From a virus (lineage: Duplodnaviria > Heunggongvirae > Uroviricota > Caudoviricetes): 7,164 nt of DNA. Positions 5,695-7,164 of this stretch are shown here, piece after piece (position 1 is the stretch's first letter; each line of letters begins with the position of its first letter). The stretch lies in the IMG/VR virus record IMGVR_UViG_2778261085_000001, one strand, 5' to 3'. The position numbers and the translations under genes are program-made. The notes below the pieces were generated by a model. It worked only from the letters and a program-made list of their open reading frames with translations. It was not told the DNA's origin and searched no databases.

Positions 5695-6694
5695 TATCTT
5701 CAACATCTTTCACATGTAAAATTACGGCGGACTTGATATCTCCATCAATGTGTTTGGCATTGATGCTTAAATGCACAGGCTTTCTTTCCCATTCAGCTCG
5801 CTGTAAGGCTTCTTTGTTCCCTGATTCATCAAGGAATATATCCTGAACAACGCAGGTCAAACGTTGATCAGAATCGACCTTTCGAACCTTAACTTTGAAG
5901 CTTTCGGGGTCGGTATTATTCACTTCTTCGATACGGTATATACCGTCTATTCTCATTTCAACTGAGCGCCGACGAGCATTTGTTACTAGCTCTTTTGCCG
6001 TTTCTGAATCTATTGTGACACCGTCAATTTCTGCTGAATCTGAACGCACGAAAGATTTAACCATGGTGGTTTTAGCGTCATAAGACATTCGATCCATATT
6101 GTCGAGTAGAGGTTTTTTAGCCACCATTTCTGAGATGATTTGGAGGCGTTTTGTTTCCTCCTGTGTCATCACTTGCATTGCGCGTAGGTGTTCTTTGTCG
6201 CCTTCTTTAGCAATTTCAGCCAACCGAGTATCTTTACGGTTATCCAGATAGCGTTTGAAGACGGTTACACCGCCCCATATAACGGCAGCACCGAGAACCG
6301 TAAATACAATCTCTGTGGCGTTCATTTTCCCTACCAGTTCGTGCGTAAGCTTGCTTAGGAAGCCATCAATGTTAATCTCTACAAGAGATGAACCTTGCTC
6401 TACTGTAACTTCAATTTCTAAAGCATCAAGTTCTTCTTTTGTTAGCCTGCGGACATCAGGAGTTCCGAACTTTGCTAGCGCATAAGACTTATTGAGTTGC
6501 GATTGCATTTCAACAAATCCTTTCATAACTGAAGGTGTGAGTGATTTGTTGAATTTTTCACCAGTCAACCTGATGGTTAGACTTGGCCAACCATTGAAAC
6601 TAATTTTTTCGGGTAAAGCTTGTCCGTTTAGGTAACGTTCAAGTAATTCAAAAGCTTGCTGTTCAGACTCAACGTCGTAATGTATTTCGTACAA
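5684..6694 (-). CDS. AT-rich moron: hypothetical protein with a central transmembrane helix (336 aa); function unknown, candidate phage-exclusion protein
   Basis: A long minus-strand ORF with a TTG start at 6692-6694. There is an in-frame stop five codons upstream and no ATG or GTG between, so TTG is the only possible start for the full-length ORF; a GAGGG SD lies 6 nt upstream. One clear hydrophobic segment (ATEIVFTVLGAAVIWGGVTVF) sits between two soluble charged domains. G+C in four 60-nt lines I counted by hand is 38-47 percent, against about 58 percent in two lines of the DUF968-like gene. It is not a porin: no signal peptide and no C-terminal Phe. Confidence 0.65.
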   Translation of the reverse strand: MYEIHYDVESEQQAFELLERYLNGQALPEKISFNGWPSLTIRLTGEKFNKSLTPSVMKGFVEMQSQLNKSYALAKFGTPDVRRLTKEELDALEIEVTVEQGSSLVEINIDGFLSKLTHELVGKMNATEIVFTVLGAAVIWGGVTVFKRYLDNRKDTRLAEIAKEGDKEHLRAMQVMTQEETKRLQIISEMVAKKPLLDNMDRMSYDAKTTMVKSFVRSDSAEIDGVTIDSETAKELVTNARRRSVEMRIDGIYRIEEVNNTDPESFKVKVRKVDSDQRLTCVVQDIFLDESGNKEALQRAEWERKPVHLSINAKHIDGDIKSAVILHVKDVEDKPE

Positions 6695-6730
6695 AGAAGT
6701 TCCCTCATTCTAAGACCTGTGTTAACTCAG

Positions 6731-6743
6731 CCAGCCTGGCTGG
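6731..6743. promoter_or_regulatory. Inverted repeat CCAGCC-t-GGCTGG in the leader/promoter region of the minus-strand moron; candidate operator
   Basis: Perfect 6-bp arms with a 1-nt spacer, about 40 bp upstream of the moron start codon. The spacer is too short for an RNA hairpin, so a dimeric protein-binding site is the more natural reading. Confidence 0.3.
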
Positions 6744-6866
6744 AATTGATTTCTTATTTTTACTGTACGTAGGAAAAATAAAGCAAAACTTGCTAAAAAT
6801 CACTAACGCGGTCCGCATTTTTTCGCTTAGTGTGTTAAGAGTGGTTACTTCGCTACACAGCTTAAG

Positions 6867-6888
6867 CTCGCCGTTAGGCGGGTTTTTT
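6867..6888 (+). terminator. Candidate intrinsic terminator or attenuator on the plus strand, upstream of the ORF starting at 7012
   Basis: Stem CTCGCC (6867-6872) pairs with GGCGGG (6877-6882), including one G-U pair, across a GTTA loop, followed by TTTTTT (6883-6888). A weaker hairpin plus T6 lies at 6808-6823. No plus-strand gene precedes it in the intergenic region, which fits a leader terminator of the lambda tR' type. Confidence 0.4.
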
Positions 6889-7011
6889 GTGCCCGAAAAG
6901 TGGTGCAGTACGTTAAACGCGCTGGTGGTTACGAATACCGGTTTTTCAGCTTGCTGGCTTTTCAGACAAGAGTTATTGGTATGTCACGTTAACCGGAATA
7001 GGGAAAAAGAC

Positions 7012-7164
7012 ATGCTAAAACAGCAGGATATGACCAAAACCGCCAGAGTGGTGTTTAATGAATTAAGCGTCACCGAACCGGCGACCGTCGGGGAAATTGC
7101 GCAGAATACTTACCTTTCACGCGAACGCTGCCAGTTAATACTGACCCAGCTTGTTATGGCGGGT
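7012..7164 (+). CDS. 5' end of a hypothetical protein, possibly a winged-helix DNA-binding protein (3'-truncated by the window edge)
   Basis: ATG at 7012 (alternative in-frame ATG at 7030 with a CAGGA SD) is open to the end of the window: MLKQQDMTKTARVVFNELSVTEPATVGEIAQNTYLSRERCQLILTQLVMAG. Only 51 codons are visible, which is why it is absent from the track. It is not hydrophobic, so it is not a holin. Confidence 0.45.
   Translation, partial: MLKQQDMTKTARVVFNELSVTEPATVGEIAQNTYLSRERCQLILTQLVMAG

Larger units (their letters stand above)
1..7164 (+). mobile_element. Segment of a lambdoid prophage: early/nin-like operon through rusA and antiterminator Q, with two opposite-strand moron insertions
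   Basis: Plus-strand genes are tightly packed with overlapping stop/start codons (GTGA and ATGA overlaps), typical of phage operons. The order DUF968-like, RusA, Q matches the nin-to-Q region of lambdoid prophages as I recall it for E. coli cryptic prophages DLP12 and Qin. No integrase or att site lies in the window, so prophage boundaries cannot be set. Confidence 0.8.

Noticed and set aside
5512-6485. Track ORFs overlapping the minus-strand moron or Q (5512-5706 -, 5649-5846 +, 5895-6083 +, 6255-6485 +)
   Set aside because: They are antisense to or overlap the 336-aa ORF or the Q gene, have no SD context, and their Ser/Thr-rich low-complexity translations look like shadow frames.
5684-6694. 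Possibility that the gene after Q is an nmpC-like outer-membrane porin, as in DLP12
   Set aside because: The protein has no N-terminal signal peptide, no C-terminal aromatic residue and no alternating beta-strand pattern; it has a single internal hydrophobic helix instead.
6695-6860. Canonical sigma70 late promoter on the plus strand immediately upstream of the 6867-6888 terminator
   Set aside because: Scanning by eye for TAnnnT -10 elements with a TTGnnn -35 at 16-18 bp spacing gave only 3-of-6 matches; nothing convincing enough to annotate.
1-7164. tRNA genes, CRISPR repeats, insertion-sequence inverted repeats, integrase or att sites
   Set aside because: No regularly spaced direct repeats, no tRNA-like T-arm motifs, and no transposase- or integrase-like ORF were found on either strand.

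Overview
This window reads as a segment of a lambdoid (lambda-like) prophage from an enterobacterial genome, called from gene order, tight operon packing and recognisable RusA and Q-antiterminator proteins. A plus-strand early operon of small genes (297-2890) ends at a strong intrinsic terminator. A second plus-strand block runs 3591-5668: a 90-aa basic protein, a 349-aa DUF968-like Cys/His protein, the Holliday-junction resolvase RusA, and a Q-family antiterminator. Two opposite-strand single-gene insertions (morons) interrupt this backbone. The first (3119-3409) encodes a 96-aa coiled-coil protein with a C-terminal membrane anchor, its own promoter and terminator, and two mutually exclusive 5'UTR hairpins around its Shine-Dalgarno (SD) sequence. 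The second (5684-6694) is an AT-rich 336-aa protein with a central transmembrane helix, sitting where lambdoid phages normally place the late promoter directly after Q. I regard the second as the best candidate for an undescribed accessory system, possibly phage exclusion, but this rests on position and composition only. Two small ORFs missing from the supplied track (57 aa at 2273-2446, 27 aa hydrophobic at 2807-2890) look real from context. No tRNA, rRNA, CRISPR array, integrase or transposase is visible. All product names come from recalled family resemblance, not from any search.
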